Source: Deltaproteobacteria bacterium (lineage in GTDB: Bacteria > Myxococcota_A > UBA9160 > UBA6930). From it: a stretch of 64,000 bases of DNA. The notes beneath the pieces were generated by a model that was given only the letters and a program-made list of their open reading frames with translations, made no database searches and was not told the DNA's origin. Below, in pieces: positions 63,318-64,000 of the stretch. Both the position numbers and the translations under genes were made by a program. Every line of letters begins with the position of its first letter. Position 1 is the stretch's first letter. Location of the stretch: contig JAJDAQ010000086.1 in NCBI GenBank assembly GCA_029261815.1, forward strand, positions 47,448 to 111,447, in the 5' to 3' direction.

Positions 63318-64000
63318 ATGACACAAGCGCCCGATCTTCTGGAAGCCGCGCGCGCACTCGGACCCGAGCTTGCGGCGCGTGTGCACGAGGGAGAGGCCGC
63401 GCGCCGCGTGCCCGCCGACCTCTCCGCCAAGGTTGCGGCCTCGGGGTTCTACCGGGCATACATTCCCCGCTCGCTGGGGGGGGACGAGCAGCACCCGGGC
63501 CACGCGAACGCGGCCGTCGAGGAACTGGCACGCTTCGACGCCTCCGTCGCCTGGGTCACGTTCATTGCGATGACGTCGGGTTCGGCGCTCTCGGACATCC
63601 CCGAAGCTGCGGCGCGAAAGATCTACGACGAACCGACGCGGATGATCGCCGGGGTCTTCGCGCCGATGGGCCGAGCGGAACGCGTCGACGGTGGGGTTCG
63701 GGTGAGCGGCCGATGGTCTTGGGGTTCGGGGACCGACAATGCCGACTGGATCCTGGGAGGCTGCCGCTTCATGAAAGACGGCGAGCCGGAGCGGATGCCT
63801 GGAGGTGCGCCGCGAGCGAACATGGTGCTGCTACCGCGGAGCGCGGTGACGCTGGCCGGGAACTGGAACGCGTCCGGTCTGTGCGGCACGGGAAGCGGAG
63901 ACTTCGAAACCGCGGACACCTTCGTTCCCGACGAGCACGTCCTGGGCATGGGCCTCGGAAGGCCCGAGGTCGGGCCGCTCTACCGCTTCCCGCGTTTCGG
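63318..64000 (+). CDS. Acyl-CoA-dehydrogenase-fold flavin-dependent monooxygenase (HsaA/DszC-like), 3' end cut by the window edge
   Basis: Not in the ORF track because there is no stop in the window. My translation from ATG 63318 is open to 64000: MTQAPDLLEAARALGPELAARVHEGEAARRVPADL...VSGRWSWGSGTDNADW...GTGSGDF. Confidence 0.65.
   Translation, partial: MTQAPDLLEAARALGPELAARVHEGEAARRVPADLSAKVAASGFYRAYIPRSLGGDEQHPGHANAAVEELARFDASVAWVTFIAMTSGSALSDIPEAAARKIYDEPTRMIAGVFAPMGRAERVDGGVRVSGRWSWGSGTDNADWILGGCRFMKDGEPERMPGGAPRANMVLLPRSAVTLAGNWNASGLCGTGSGDFETADTFVPDEHVLGMGLGRPEVGPLYRFPRF

Noticed and set aside
1-64000. CRISPR arrays, tandem repeats, insertion sequences, prophage or defence-system genes.
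   Set aside because: I saw no spaced direct-repeat arrays, transposase/integrase/recombinase ORFs or nuclease/ATPase defence signatures. The only repetition is between paralogous genes and the 14-bp operator-like motif.

Overview
The window is GC-rich (roughly two-thirds G+C by eye) and almost fully coding. I call about 53 protein genes on both strands. I found no rRNA, tRNA, CRISPR array, transposase, integrase or phage genes. Four TonB-dependent receptors indicate a Gram-negative (proteobacteria-like) host; I cannot assign a taxon from sequence alone. The content looks like a catabolic island for a hydrophobic, branched or polycyclic lipid such as an isoprenoid, apocarotenoid or steroid. 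It encodes 4 TonB-dependent receptors (two paralog pairs), 2 DUF3604 proteins and one very large secreted PHP-like protein. It also encodes 8 SDRs, 3 NTF2/SnoaL-like proteins, 2 crotonases and a heteromeric-looking acyl-CoA dehydrogenase pair. Other members are a single-chain biotin carboxylase-BCCP-carboxyltransferase, a thiolase-fold/DUF35 pair, a carotenoid-cleavage oxygenase, a P450, a Rieske oxygenase with a ferredoxin, a PhyH dioxygenase and 2 luciferase-like oxidoreductases. There are 2 paralogous cytoplasmic molybdopterin oxidoreductases, an AcoABC-like 2-oxo/2-hydroxyketone cleavage complex, an acyl-CoA synthetase and 2 paralogous TetR regulators. A separate module at 51.1-54.4 kb holds a RimJ/L-like GNAT, a RimB/DUF785 protease, an AstE/AspA-family deacylase and a RimK-TrkA_C fusion. 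The most interesting non-coding signal is a 14-bp AT-rich palindrome (TTGAACrTGTTaAA). It occurs 8 times, only in intergenic regions, in front of six operons including both TetR genes. It fits the form of the mycobacterial KstR operator consensus TnnAACnnGTTnnA. All functional calls rest on motif and domain recognition by eye; no database search was run.
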